This document shows, one piece after another, positions 34,178-47,759 of a DNA stretch of 64,000 nt. The notes below the pieces were generated by a model, which had not been told where the DNA came from, did no database searches, and saw only the letters and a program-made list of their open reading frames with translations. The position numbers and the translations under genes were made by a program. This DNA is from Scyliorhinus canicula (lineage: Eukaryota), in NCBI RefSeq assembly GCF_902713615.1, contig NC_052157.1, forward strand, positions 130,491,425 through 130,555,424. The letters run 5' to 3'. Positions within the stretch are counted from its first letter, which is position 1; each line of letters starts with the position of its first letter.

Positions 34178-35977
34178 GGATCCTCCCCTTCCAAGTTGAA
34201 AGCAATGCATCAGACGTCGCTCTGGCCGCCACCCTCAACCAGGCAGGCAGGCCCGTGGCATTCTTTTCACGCACCCTCCATGCCTCCGAAATTTGGCACT
34301 CCTCCGTCGAGAAGGAGGCCCAAGCCACCGTAGAAGCTGTGCGGCATTGGAGGCATCACCTAGCCGGTATGAGATTCACTTTCTTCACTGACCGACGGTC
34401 GGTTGCCTTCATGTTCAATAACACACAGTGGGGCAAGATCAAAAATGATAAAATCTTGAGGTGGAGGATCGAGCTCTCCACCTTTAACTACGAGATTTTG
34501 TATCGCCCCGGTAAGCTCAACGAGCCCCCCGATGCCCTATCCCGAGGTACATGCGCCAGCGCACAAGTGGACCTACTCCGGACCCTACACGGGTCACCCG
34601 GTTCTTTCACTTCATAAAGGCCCGCAATCTGCCCTACTCCATTGAGGAGGTCAGGGCTATCACCAGAGACCGCCAGGTCTGCTCGGAGTGCAAACCACAC
34701 TTCTACCGGCCAGACCGAGCGCTCCTAGTGAAGGCCTACCGCCCCTTTGAACGCCTCAGCGTGGATTTCAAAGGGCACCTCCCCTCCACCGACCGAAACA
34801 CGCACTTCCGTAACGTGGTCGACGAATATTCCAGATTCCTCTTCGCTGTCCCATTCCCGATATGACGTCTGCCACCGTCATCAAAGCACTCAAAACCATC
34901 TTCGCCCTGTTCGGTTTCCCCGCCAACATCAACAGCGACCGGGGATCCTTCTTTATCAGTGATGAGCTGCATCAGTACCTGCTCAGCAAGGGCATTGCCT
35001 TGAGCAGGACGACCAGCTACAACCCCCGGAGAAACAGGCAGGTGAAGAGGGCGAACGGGACAATCTGGAAGGCCGTCCAGCTGGCCCTACGGTCCAAAAG
35101 TCTCCCAGTCTCCCACTGGCAGGAGGTCCTCCCTGACGTCCTTCACTCCATCCGATCGCTACTTTGCACTGCAACTAATGCAACCCCCCATGAACGTCTC
35201 CTTGCCTTCCCCAGGAAGTCCACCTCCGGGGTTTTGCTCCCAACGTGGCTGACAGCTCCAGGACCCGTTCTCCTCCGCAAGCACGTGCGGCTCCACAAGG
35301 TGGACCCGTTGGTCGAGTGGGTACAGCTACTCCATGCAAACCCGCAGTACGCTTATGTAGCGTACCCCTTCGGCCACCAAGACACAGTCTCCCTCAGGGA
35401 CCTGGCACCAGCTGGTTCCCCACCCCCGCCCCCCATCTGCCCGGGCACTATCCTTCCTTCCCCCAAGCGCACCTCACCACAGCCCCCGCTCCAGGATGAT
35501 CCGTCCTCCCCTTGGTCCCACCTGGGGATGAAGATGAGGTCTAAAAGCTCCCGGAGTCACCGGCGACCGAGCCGGCATCTGCATCGCCACCGGGACTGCG
35601 GCGCTCACAACGGAGGATCAAGGCACCCGACTGGCTGAATTTGTGAACTTTCCCCAAAATGTACACTTTAAAATGCTCACATACATGTAACTAGTTTTTC
35701 CACCACCCCCGCTGGACTCTTTTTTAACAGGGGGTGAATGTGGTAGTCACCACTGTTTGTACATATCACATACATGAGATGTAATACGGTAAGGCTCCTG
35801 TACTACAGGTGCAGGGTAGATTCCTGCCTGCTGGCTTCGCCCAGTAGGCGGAGTATAAATGTGTGTGCTCACCGAGCTTCAGCCATTTCGGCAGCAGCTG
35901 CAGGAGGCTATACATCTCTGCTTAATAAAGCCTCGATTACACTCTGCTATCGTCTCATCATAATTGATAGTGCCTCA
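34178..35977 (+). mobile_element. Gypsy LTR retrotransposon B, 5'-truncated: RNase H, integrase, PPT, 3' LTR 35739-35977
   Basis: FQVESNASDVALAATLNQAGRPVAFFSRTL; integrase core SDRGSFF..RTTSYNPR.N.QVKRANG; PPT aacagggggtgaa 35726-35738; LTR TG...CA with TATAAA and AATAAA 35924-35929. Confidence 0.9.
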
Positions 35978-38900
35978 AACTGGAACTCTTACTCCAAATC
36001 TCCCAACTCCGCAAACCTACGTCCCACGAACAAGTCCCTAAAACACTATCCCCACCCGCGCCCACACCCTGAACGTGGAATCTAACCTTGCTGGGATAAA
36101 CATGAGTGGCACAATTGGTGCCCACAGTGACATACCCTCCATTTTAAAATGTTGCCTGCACTGATTCCACATTCTGAACAATGAAACCACCACCGGGCTC
36201 ATGGAGTACCTAGTCAGCGAGAAAGAAAGAGGCGATAGTACAGTGCCCTCAATCACGTCCCTCGACACAAGGTCTCCTCCATCCACTCCCACACCAACTT
36301 CTCCTCCACAGCCTACAGCCCAGTAATAATTCAGTAATCTTAGCAGTGCCACCCCCCCCCCCCCCCCCTTTCCGCCTGTCCTTCTCCAAAAACACCCTCC
36401 TAATCCAGGATACCTTACCCACCCATATAAACCCCCAAATCATCCTATTCATCCTTCTAAATAAAGATTTAGACACAAGAATTAGGAGATTCTGAAAAAT
36501 GAAGAAAAACATCAACAAAACCATCATCTTTACTGTCTGGACCTTCCCAGCAAAAGCGGAAGAATATCCCGCCTCTTAAATTCCTCCTTCACCCCCACCA
36601 CCAAGTTGGCCAAATTCAACTGATGCAATTGGGCCCAATTATGCATGACCCGTATACCCAAATATCGAAAATCCGACTTGACCAGCCGAAATAGCTACTT
36701 CTCCAAACCCCTCCCCTGCATCTGAGCATTGACCGGGAACATCTCGCTCTTTCCTACGTTGTGCTTATACCCTTAAAATGACCCAAACTCCGCCAATATC
36801 CCATAAGCCAATCAATACTGTCCATCAATTTGTGACGTATAACAACAGGTCGTTTGCATACAGGGAGGCCTGGTGCTCCACCCCTCCTTTCAATATCCCT
36901 CCACACCCCAGAAGCCCTCGGCGCCATCGCCAAAGGCTTGATCGCCATGAAAAAGCAACGGAAACAACGGACACCCCTACCTTGTTCCCTGGTGCAGACG
37001 GAAATATCCTGAGCTAATATTATTTGTACGAACACTTGCTATGGGAGCCCTGTACAACAACCTAATCCAATCCACAAATCCCTGCCCAAAACCAAAACAT
37101 CCGAACAAATAATACCACTCAACCCGGTCAAACGCCTTCTCCGCATCCACAGATACTATCATCTTCGTTTCCTGACGCCTGAGGGCATCATAATCACAAT
37201 TAACAGCCTCGTAATGTTAGCAGAAAACTGCTGGCCCTTCACAAAGCCCCCACTTGGTCCTCGTTCATCACCACCGGCCCACAACTCTCCATGCACATCG
37301 GCAGCAACTTAGCTAACAGCTTTGCATCTATATTCAATGATATTGGACAACGCGATCCACACTCGTCTGGGTCCTTATCCTTCAAAATAAGTGAAATTGA
37401 TGCTCGTGTCAATGTGAGGGGAAGCTCCCTTTTTCCAACCGACTCGTTAAACATATCCACTAAAAGAGACCCAATTGTGTAACAAATTGTTTACAGGATT
37501 CCCTTGGGAACCTGACCGGACCTGGGCCTTCCCAGATTGCATCGAACTCATGCACCCTATCACTTCCCCCAGTCCAATCAGGGCACCAGACCCCTTCCTC
37601 TCCTCCACCACCAGAAAGCCCAAGCCATCCAAAAACTGCCTCATGCCCGAGTCTCTCAGCGACCCCCTCCCCACCCGAACCGCCTCATGCCTGAGTCTCT
37701 CAGCGACCCCCTCCCCACCCGAACAGCCTCATGCCTGAGTCTCTCAGTGACCCCCTCCCCACCCGAACCGCCTTATGCCCGAGTCTCTCAGCGACCCCCT
37801 CCCCACCTGAACCCTTCATCGGTTGATTATGGGAAGCTTTTAATACTATTCTTGATCCTAGGTTGGATTGGTCATGCTCCAATGCGATGGCTAGAGAATT
37901 GTTGGGTTTATGGAGCAGATGGAAGGTGTGGACCTGTGAGGTTTGGTAGGCCAGGGATGAAGGAATTTTCATTCTTTTCTCACATTCAACGGATATATTC
38001 CCAGATTGACTTTTGTCATGGACAAGACATTATTGGCGGGGGAGATTGGGACGAACTACTTGACAATTGAACCCTTCATCCACCCAATCTCCTTTGCTGC
38101 CACCTGCTGCTGAAACTGTTGTGCAAGCAACCGACTGGCCTTCTACCATATTTGTACAGTGCCCCCAAAGGAACTGCCCCACCGCCTTCCCCATAGACAT
38201 AAGTTCGAACTCCATCTGAAGCTTCTTCCTCTCCTTCAACAACACCTCCTCAGAGGCTGCTGAGTACCTCCAATCCACCACCAGGCCTCGAACGATCTCT
38301 GCCTTTCCAACTGTTCCACCTTATCCCTATACACCTGGATCAAAATAAACTCCCCCTAATTACCACCTTCAGCATCTCCCACAGCACTGAGGCAGAGACC
38401 TCCTCACTTTCATTGAGCTCAACGTAAATGCGTATTGCCACCCCTATCTTTTAAAAAATCTCCTTATCAGCGAACAACCCCGTGTTCAGCCTCCACTGCG
38501 GTCGCTGGTAACCCTCATTCTCTACATACAGGTGCACAAGATGCGGTGCATGATCCGACACCTCGATTGTCAAGTAGTTCATCCCAATCACCCGCGCCAA
38601 TAATGGCTTGTCCATGACAAAAGTCAATCTGGGAATACATTCAATGAACATGAGAAAAGAATGAAAATTCCTTCATACCTGGCCTACCAAACCTCACAGG
38701 TCCACACCTTTCATAAGCTCCATAAACCCCAACAATTCTCTAGCCATCGCCGACACCTTCAAAGACTTGGGGCATGACCGATCCAACCTAGGATTAAGAA
38801 TAGTATTAAAAGCTTCCCATAATCAACCGATGCACGTCATATTCCGGAACCTTCGGCAGCACCCTCTTCACAAAATCTACATCATCCAGTTGGGGGCATA

Positions 38901-40443
38901 GATGTTCACCAACACTACAGGCGCACACTCCAGACCCCCAATCACCATTACATACCTACTCCCTGGATTGCCCACTATGTTGCGAGCCAAAAGTAATCAG
39001 CACCGCAACCCCCCTCGCCTTCAAATCTATCCCTGAATGAGACACCTGCCCTACCCAACCTTTCCTCAACCTCGCCTGATTCACAACCCTCAGATGCATC
39101 TCTTGTACAAACATCTGCCTTCAAATTCTTTAAGTGGATGACAACACAGGAGCTCTTGATCAACCCATTCAGTCCCTACCATTCCAAGAGACCAGTCTGG
39201 TCGGAGGGTTCCAAGCCCCCCCCCCACCACCCTGATCAGCCATTTCCACATTTCAATGGACTCCTCCAGGCCCATGTCCCACCCACCTCTGGGTCCCCTC
39301 AAGGTGGCTGCCGCCTTCCCTCCAGCCAACTGCTCCACAACTACACCTTCAACGTCAGCAACTCACACCTCTCCCCCATCCCAAACACAAAATGTCCCAC
39401 CTCCCCAAGCTCACTATCCATACTCCAGGCCACAACCAAAAGACCAGCACCACCCGAAAACCCAACCCCCTTCCCTCCCTCTTCACGGCTCTAACCCCCA
39501 CTTCACTTCCGTTACCTAACCTACCTGATACCAGGATGACCCCTACCTGTGGCAAAAGACCAACTCTGTACCAAAGCACCCTTCCACCCCCCGCCCCACC
39601 CAACCCCTATGCCACACCAAGACCCCCACTCCCCCCACCCTTCCCTCACCACCCCTCTCTCTCGCGTTACCACCAAGTCCCAAACATTTTTATATTAGAA
39701 ACACTACTACCCTGAACGCAAGGCGGCAAAAAAGATATAAAACTCTACTTTTACACAATTAACTATACAGCGTGGATAGTATAAACAAAACCAAACATAA
39801 CAATCTTGCGCAAAAGCATACAGTCTCCCACTCCCCACCCCCGAGTACAACACCTCCAGTCTGTTGCGCAGGCGAACCCAACCTAAACCCAATGTTCTCA
39901 AACATCTTCCAACCCATGGTCTCTTAAGAAGTTGCTTGCTACCTTCAGTGTGTCAAAGCCATGCTCCTGCCCCTTATACATGACTCACAGACGATCAGGA
40001 TACAGCACCTCAAGCCATACCTTGTTCCGGAATAGGGCTGCCTTGACCCTATTAAACCCAGCCCACCACTGGCCAGCCCTGCTCCCGAGTTTTGGTAGAT
40101 ACGGACCGTATGGTCATCCTAGATGCACTCACGCTCTTCTTAGCCCACCTCAAAATCCTCCTCTTGTCTGAGTCTTGCCTCACAATGATCGCCATCGGCA
40201 GCTCAACCACTTTCGGCTTGCTCCTCAACGACCTGTGCACCCGATCCAGTTCATACTTCGTGGCCTGCGTTTTCTCAATCCCTTCAGGCAGCCCCACAAT
40301 CCTCAGGTTCTGCCTCCTCGAATGGTTCTCCAGGTTATCGGCCTTCTCCTTCTCACTGCTGAGTGCTGCCTGTGTCCTTTGAATGCTCAGAGAGCCTCTG
40401 GTGATCTGTGTGCCCGCCCAGGCCGCCCCTCTGGAAACCCTCA
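35978..40443 (-). mobile_element. Decayed L1-clade LINE (ORF1, endonuclease, RT)
   Basis: ORF1 LENHSRRQNLRIVGLPEGIE..LDRVHRSL; endonuclease SDHAP..WRLNT; RT NIDAKLLAKL, SVDAEKAFDRVEW, YFRLHQGTR. Confidence 0.9.
37638..37813. repeat. 44-bp tandem repeat x4 inside the L1
   Basis: gcctcatgcccgagtctctcagcgaccccctccccacccgaacc starting at 37638, 37682, 37726 and 37770. Confidence 0.95.
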
Positions 40444-40503
40444 TTACGGCAAAATTAAAGAAAGGGGAAATAAGAGAATAAACAGGAAGGACCCTCTTAC
40501 TCT

Positions 40504-41399
40504 TGTAGCCACCTGGGATGGCCACTTCCAGAATACAAAATGGACGCTCGCAAAGAATATAGGGAACTGTGGACAATGCTAGAAAACAAGCAGGCACAGA
40601 GCCTGAATGTATATTTGGGAAACAGCTCCCAGACGGAATTGAAACTATGGGTCAATTAGCATATTGATGCCCATCTCCGGGAAACAAAGGAATGACACAG
40701 ATAGTTGATACTGTTGCAGACATCCCGGCACCAGTTCCCCAACCGAAAAGCACAAACAAAGCAAGGCCAACGGCCACCTAAGACACGCCCAGCCATCAGG
40801 GCACCCACCCCTTTGTGATCAAGAAGCGGCCCAATTAATTGGGGCCAAGTTTAAGGTCCGGCTAAAAGCGCGGGAAGCCCCTCCGGGTATAAGAAGGAAA
40901 TGAAATGAAATGAAAAAAAAATGAAAAATGAAATGAAAGGAACCCCCCACTAGAGAATCGCTCTCTTGGAATTAACTCTCAAAGCGGAGAGACCCTTCCA
41001 CCAGCTGCATCAGAAGCAAGTAAGTTCAAAGTCAATGCTCGCTACCAGGCGGACGACCTTAGCTGTTTTCCTGTACCTCTTCGAACCCAACAACCTCAGA
41101 TCCGAACAACGCCCATTGTTCGTCTGACTGAGTGGGCACCCGAAGTTAAGTATAGGCGTTAGCGTTAGAGATAGTTTAGTTTGTAGTACTTTGTGCATGT
41201 GTAGATCCTACTGTGTGTGTAAATAAATAGTATTGACTTTGAACTAACTAACTGGTGTATTGGCTCTTTGATCAGTATTCGGGTTTGAACCTTGTGGCGG
41301 TGTCGAGAGATACCTGGCGACTTTAAAGCAAACATAATTAGGATTAAGGAAGGCGACCATATTGACTGCCATATTTATAACCAAATAAATATAGCAACA
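40504..41399 (+). mobile_element. Solo LTR (896 bp)
   Basis: TGTAGC...GCAACA termini; 4-bp TSD ctct (40500-40503, 41400-41403); internal CCAAT, TATAA and AATAAA. Confidence 0.8.
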
Positions 41400-41784
41400 C
41401 TCTCAATTCATGCTGAGTGCTGGCCTATTTGCATGTCCTGATTTGCTTACCGAATAGCACCCCCAACAGCAGTGTGAATCGCAAGCCAGTCTCAGCAGGA
41501 CCTCTTAGTCTACCAAATGGAGAATTCCGGCCATAATTTGACACAGTTTTGAGTAATCTATTCGCACATAAACTGGCTACCCTTAGCCTCTCTGGCAAAC
41601 AATGTTTCCATCATTTTCCCTCCTGTACTAATATCAATAGATTATCTTCCTTCTCATTTATCTTCCTTCACTGGATCTTGCCTCACAAAGATTTTCATTT
41701 GTGCAATTTGCCTCTCCTTTGAAGATATCTCTTGTTTCCTTCACATCCATTTTAACTAACTACGACTCAAATTCAATGTAGTCT

Positions 41785-42120
41785 GTTCCGATGTAAGGCT
41801 GTCCCTAATGATCAGGAATGACTGTCTTCCACGCTGATTCAATGGGTTCTGAAATGGCTCACAAGTCCAATATGCATTATGCAGGCTCTGCCACATATGA
41901 GACAGGTGGTGCTTGGATGGTCAGGTAGATGCATTTCTTGGAAGTTTATGTGTTTTCTCTGATGCCTCGACCGCCTCTGTCTGCTCCCAATGAGGCCTCT
42001 TGATATGTTCAGTGCCTTCCCGAATGAACTTTCACCATGATGGTCAGTCACAGTCCAGGGACGCCCCATGAGTCAGCTGAAATGTTTGACCTCTTGGAGG
42101 ATGTGCTGAGGACATGACCT
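41785..42120 (-). mobile_element. RTE-clade LINE 3' end
   Basis: C-terminal CLICGRACIMHIGLVSHFRTH zinc-finger motif. Confidence 0.7.
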
Positions 42121-42342
42121 CTAATGTACTGCCACTAGTTCCAGTTAGGCACCTATTTTGTTAATTGCTAAATATTGGGGAGCTGGTCCCGGTTAGCAAA
42201 TCTACTGCTGTGCACAACTTCACCAGTCAAAGCTCCGAGAACAGACAGAAAGAATCTGACTTCATTTATAAACTGTGAGCAGCTGTCCTCTACTGAAAAG
42301 GGAAAATTAACATTTACGTATGTGTACATAGGAAATGTCAGC

Positions 42343-43228
42343 TAGGACTCAATTGGTAGCATTCTTGCCTCTGAGTCAGAGATTGTTGGATAAAATCCCA
42401 TTTCGGTGTCGAGAGTGCAAAATAGAATATAATCCCATAGAATCCCTACAGTGCAGAAGGAGGCCGTTCGGTCCATCGAGTCTGCACCAACCCTCCGAAA
42501 AGCACTCTAACTAGAATCATGCCTCCGCCCTAACCCCGTAACCGTACCTAACCTTTTGGGGCAATTTAGCATGGCCAATCCATCTAACCTGCACATCTTT
42601 AGACTGTGGGAAGAAACTGGAGCACCTGGAGGAAACCCACACAGACACGGGGAGAACGTGCAAACTCCACACAGTCAATCAAGGCTGGAATTCAATACAG
42701 TGCCCTGGCACTGAAAGCAGCAGTGCTAACACTGTGCTGCCCTATCTAGGCTAACATTCCAGTACCATAGAACCATTGGAATTCCTATAGTGCAGAAGGA
42801 GGCCATTCGGCCCAAAGGGTCTGCACCGACCCTCTGAAAGAGCACCCTATCCCCGTAATCCCACCCAATTTGCACACTAAGGGGCAATTTAGCATAACCA
42901 ATCCACCTAACCTGTACATCTTTGGACTGTGGGGAGAGACCGGAGCACCCAGAGGAAACCCATGCAGACACGGGGAGAAAGTGCAAACTCCACACAGTTA
43001 CCCAAGGCCGGAAATTGAACCCGATTTCCTGGTGCTGTGAGGCAGCAGTGCCAACCGCTGTGCCCCCGTGCTATGGAGTGTTTCACTGTTGGATGTGTAG
43101 ATGGGATGTTAAACTGAGAACCCACCTGCCTTGTCAGGTGGATGCAAAGGATCATAGGGTACTAATCACAGAAGAGAGTGGGTGTTCTCTCTGGTGCCTT
43201 GACTAATATCTTTCTCTTCAACTAACAC
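42343..43228 (+). mobile_element. Old DeuSINE-like (SacSINE1-like) element interrupted by two minus-strand V-SINEs (42422-42743, 42766-43070)
   Basis: Head ggtagcattcttgcctctgagtcagag and Deu-domain-like gatgttaaactgagaaccc..caggtggatgcaaaggatc. Confidence 0.55.
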
Positions 43229-43861
43229 CTACTCTGACATGCACCTTTTTCTCTGACCTCCTGACTTATGCTTTCCCTGCTGGCCTGGAAGGAATGTATC
43301 TCCACACACATGATCAGTTTGGAAACTCCTCAACCTATTAATAGCGCAGCATGTCCTAATCAGTGACCTTCTGTATGTTGCTGATGATGGTGCTGCACTG
43401 GTTGACCAGACAGAAGGCCAGCTCCAAAAGCTCATGGGCATCTGTCTCATGTTCCCCTTCACCATCAATGTCAAGAGAATGGAACAGGGTCTCTGCCGGT
43501 GATCAGATTCAACAACAAGCCACTGGAATCAGTCAGAGAATTCTGATACTTTGGGTCTATAGTGGCAGAAAGCCTGTCTTTTGACGAAGAGCTCAGCACA
43601 TATAGTGGATAGGCAGTGTGACGAATGCAGGATTTTAGATATATTGGATTCTAAACATTTGGAAATTTAAGGGTTAAAAGTCTGGGTTAGAGGGTGTTTG
43701 ACTGCAGTAGTCATTTAAAAAAAAAAGATTAATGCCTTGGCATTGCCCACAGTATGTCTCCCTGGCACGTCAGCATGATGTTGTCACGTTGCGGTGCGGG
43801 GGTGGGGGGTGGGGGAACATGCCACAGAGCTGGAGGTTACCACATAAAGCAATTAATTATA

Positions 43862-46800
43862 TTGTTATGCCACCCTGGGCAAGTGCGCGGTCAATTCCAG
43901 CCCCACATGCCCCAGAGTCACAACACAAGTGAATTAATCAATAATTCTTATAAAAAATTCCAAAATCTTGGTTGCCCAATAATTAAAGTCACCAGGATTG
44001 TAATTTGAACCACAATTACAGTTTATTTAGGACCAGATTAATAGTAAAATACACAGCAGATACAGTTGGTTAAATATTAATAAGTATCTGACTCCGAATA
44101 TAACTTGCCTCGCCCCCACTCTTTACATACACAAGACAAACAAACAGAATGGGGGGGGGGGGGGGTGGTGGTTAGAGGGAAACATGTAAATGAAAGAGAA
44201 GAGTCTTTGCTTTAGATGATGGGCCCATGCAGGCTTTCTCCACACTGAGCTTGAGAATCATAGCCTGTACTCACAATTTTCCTGGTGAGACAGAGGGCTG
44301 AATTCTCCGCCATGCCGTGCCACATTTCCGTTTCACCCTGCCGGCAGGATGCTCCGTTACGCTGGCTGGTCAATGGGGTTCCCATTGTGGGGCATCCCAC
44401 GCCGTCGGGAAACCCCTGGGCTGCCGGCAAAATGGAGCATCCCGCTGGTGGAGAATCCAGCCCAACGTCCCTGTTTCATCAGGCTTTGCTCTCAGTTCGT
44501 GGTCTGGTTCAGTACCCGTTTTCAGGAATCCAACACCCACAGGTTTATTGGAGAGAGAGAGAGAGAGAGTTGGCTGGACCTTTTTGGTGAAGTTTATTAG
44601 CAGTTTTCTGGAGAGGATTTTTCTTGCTCTTTTATCTCCGTTGACAGAATTAAAAATGAAACTAAAATACAACCTCGTGGCTCTCAAAAGCATTGCAGAG
44701 GTATAATATCCAATCATCACTTGTTACTGGGTAGAGCATGGCCTTCTGGGCTCATATATTGGCCACCAGCCAAATCAAAGAGTTCCTCCCCTAAAAGAAT
44801 GAAACTACAGGGGAAGGAGGTTTTGTTATGAAATATGCAAAACATAAATCAAACACATATCCATCCCCAGTATACAATTTCTCTTCCCAGTCTCTACATT
44901 GGTAACTAGTCAGCCCTTAAACACATGCATCCACAATCACATTATCCTTTCCGAGGCGATGTACAATTTGAACATTGAACAGTTGTAATAATAAACGCCA
45001 ACAAAATAATCTTATGTTCCGGGTCTTAAACTTCTCAATAATCGCAGTGGATTATGGTCTGGAAAAGTCCAGGGCGGCCAGCACCAATTTGTCCTCCAAC
45101 ATGGCCGTCAATCTCTCAAACTGTACGTGGCATCTGTGGACCATAGTGGTTTCGCTTGCCTCTGCAACATGTCCAACATGCATTGTATTTCAGTCTCTAA
45201 CTGAGCTAGCCTCTGTGGGTTTAGTTGAGAGGAATGTGGCTTTATTGGTTCAGAGTTTATTATATCTATACCATGATTAGCTAACAGAGTGCCCCCTAGT
45301 GTTTCCCTATAGCTGTCTCTACTGTTTCAGTATCTTGTCTGATGCAGTCAGTCTTTTCTGATTGTCAAATTTTGAGGATCTCCTCGAACTAAACTGCAAG
45401 CAGTATTGTCAATGTGGGGAGAAATATTTGGTTCATTTTTAACCAATAAACATTATTCAACCTTACCAACTTTACATTATCCCTTGTCCTTCACGTGTTT
45501 ACCTTCAGCAACAAGTGCAGCTGAGGGTTCAATCCTCTCAGAGTTGGTTGAACATAAGAACATAAGAACTAGGAGCAGGAGTAGGCCATCTGGCCCCTCG
45601 AGCCTGCACCGCCATTCAATGAGATCATGGCTGATCTTTTGTGGACTCAGCTCCACTTTCCGGCCCGAACACCATAACCCTTAATCCCTTTATTCTTCAA
45701 AAAACTATCTATCTTTACCTTAAAAACATGTAATGAAGGAGCCTCAACTGCTTCACTGGGCAAGGAATTCCATAGATTCAAAGGTTGACTTTATATGCAC
45801 CATTCATTGTGTTACAGTTTTTATCTCCTCATCTGATTTTTTGTAATCATAGCTCTTATCCTTGTTTTGTAATACGGACTGAAACAATTTGTACTTTTCA
45901 GATTTCAATTGTTCTTTTTTACTTTCAGAATCAGAGAATGGCACATTATTGACTCTATGAACATTTTGGATTTGTTAACAGATTCGGTGGTAGAACCACC
46001 ACCTGGTTCTCCATCCACCTCCTCTTAGTTTTAAAAAGGAATTATTAGGGCAGCACGGTGGCACAGTGGTTAGCATTGCTGCCTACGGCACTGAGGACCT
46101 GGGTTCGAATCCCGGCCCTGGGTCACTGTCCGTGTGGAGTTTGCACATTCTCCCCGTGTCTGCGTGGGTTTCACCCCCACAACCCAAAGATGTGCAGGGT
46201 AGGGGGATTGGCCACGCTAAATTGCCCCTTAATTAGAAAAAATAATTGGGTACTCTAAATTTATTTTAAAAAAGCAATTATTTACTGATATACTGATAAA
46301 AGAAGCTATCTGATTTTTTTTATCTCGAAGTGGCACTGTAGACTTGTACAAGGATGTGGGTTAACCAGCCGTTCATTTGATATCGCTTCACAGTCCTCAC
46401 TGTCCCCGTTCTGACTAACTGATGCCACACTATCATGTATATTTTCCTTCAAAGCAGGCACGCTCTGGGAAATATTTGCATCTGAATGGCAATGGGTTTA
46501 TAAGGGGCAGTAGCAAATTACTTTAAGAAAAGCCCAATTCATTTTCTTCTTCTAATGTGCTGCTTCTTTCGAGCTTTGGAAGAATTACTTGACATTTGTT
46601 CAAGAGCAGTTAGTGAAGGGTCTAATCGATAACAGCTTTATCATTAGTTCATAATCAGAACCGAGATTGAATTCAGAATTCTCGCCCTACTCTTCGTCAC
46701 TGTCTTTACACTCCTCTTTCTTATGGTCACCTTTGGTTTTCGAATTCTCAGAATCTGGTTCTCTACTAGATTTTATCTTTGACAACCCCCTCTGAGGAAT

Positions 46801-47590
46801 TATTTCCATAGAGATAATTTCATCAGTATCAACTGAGTCAGATTAATTAACATTGCGATTGATATGGGAACAACATCTTTCCACATTTCCTCTTCCTTTG
46901 AGTCATTTACTGGCCAATGAGATTTCCTAACTACCACATGCCATACCGTTGGCATTTCGTATGCTATCTGCAATACTTCCTTCGGACTCTCTGTTTAGCA
47001 CACTGGGCTAAATTGCTGGCTTTTAAAGCAGACCCAGGCAGGCCAGCAGCACGGTTCAATTCCCGTACCAGCCTCCCCGAACAGGCGCCAAAATGTGGCG
47101 ACTAGGGGCCTTTCACAGTAATTTCATTTGAAGCCTACTTGTGACAATAAGCGATTTTCATTTCATTTTTCTGTAATCACGGTGAAGCTACAATCTTCAC
47201 TCCTGCCAAATCATTTCCCAAAAGTAAGTCCACTCCTTCCAGTCTGACAACTACTCGATCTGACACAAAATCACACTTCAGTTGTACTTTATACAATAGA
47301 ACTGGGATACAATCTCCACCTATCCTCTTCACCACTACCTCAGCTTCATTAACTTTCTGGAGGGAAAGCCAAATCCTTCTCCAATACAAGAGTTTGAGTA
47401 GCACCTGTGGCCCATAAGATAGTTATGGTTTGGCTACACCAGCTGATGAAAGCCGCTGTTCTACCCCTTGGACAAAAACCTGCAAGTCTCTCATCTACCT
47501 CATTCGTCACACCTGTTCCCACAGCAGTGTTTACCTCAGGTCTCCCAGGTCCAGTTAAAGCTACAGTCTACCTTGTAGAATTCTCTACTT
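43862..47590 (-). mobile_element. Highly decayed Gypsy/Gmr1-type LTR-element remnant with nested MITE, CR1 tail (45550-45780) and SINEs (46048-46270, 46985-47170)
   Basis: Protease-region peptide GVDLLLGNDLAG at 47177-47404, similar to the element at 58380-58640; LTR-like end near 43862. Confidence 0.5.
44295..44463. mobile_element. Harbinger-type MITE (169 bp)
   Basis: 14-bp TIRs gggctgaattctcc / ggagaatccagccc (1 mismatch). Confidence 0.8.
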
Positions 47591-47759
47591 TTGTTCCAGA
47601 TTACAGGAGGATATAGACGGGCTGGTCAGATGGGCTGTTCAGTGGCAAATGGAATTCAATCCGGATAGGTATGAGGTGACGCACTTGGGCAGGACAAACA
47701 AGGCAATGGAATATGTGATAAACGGTCGGACCCTGGGAAGCACCAAAGATCAGAGCGAC

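Noticed and set aside
29207-35977. Single intact Gypsy provirus
   Set aside because: LTRs are dissimilar, RNase H/integrase is duplicated, and no TSD was found
37638-37813. CRISPR-like array
   Set aside because: Head-to-tail repeats without spacers, in eukaryotic L1 DNA
46985-47075. tRNA gene (also other SINE heads)
   Set aside because: The tRNA-like heads run into SINE bodies and LINE-type tails; no intact cloverleaf
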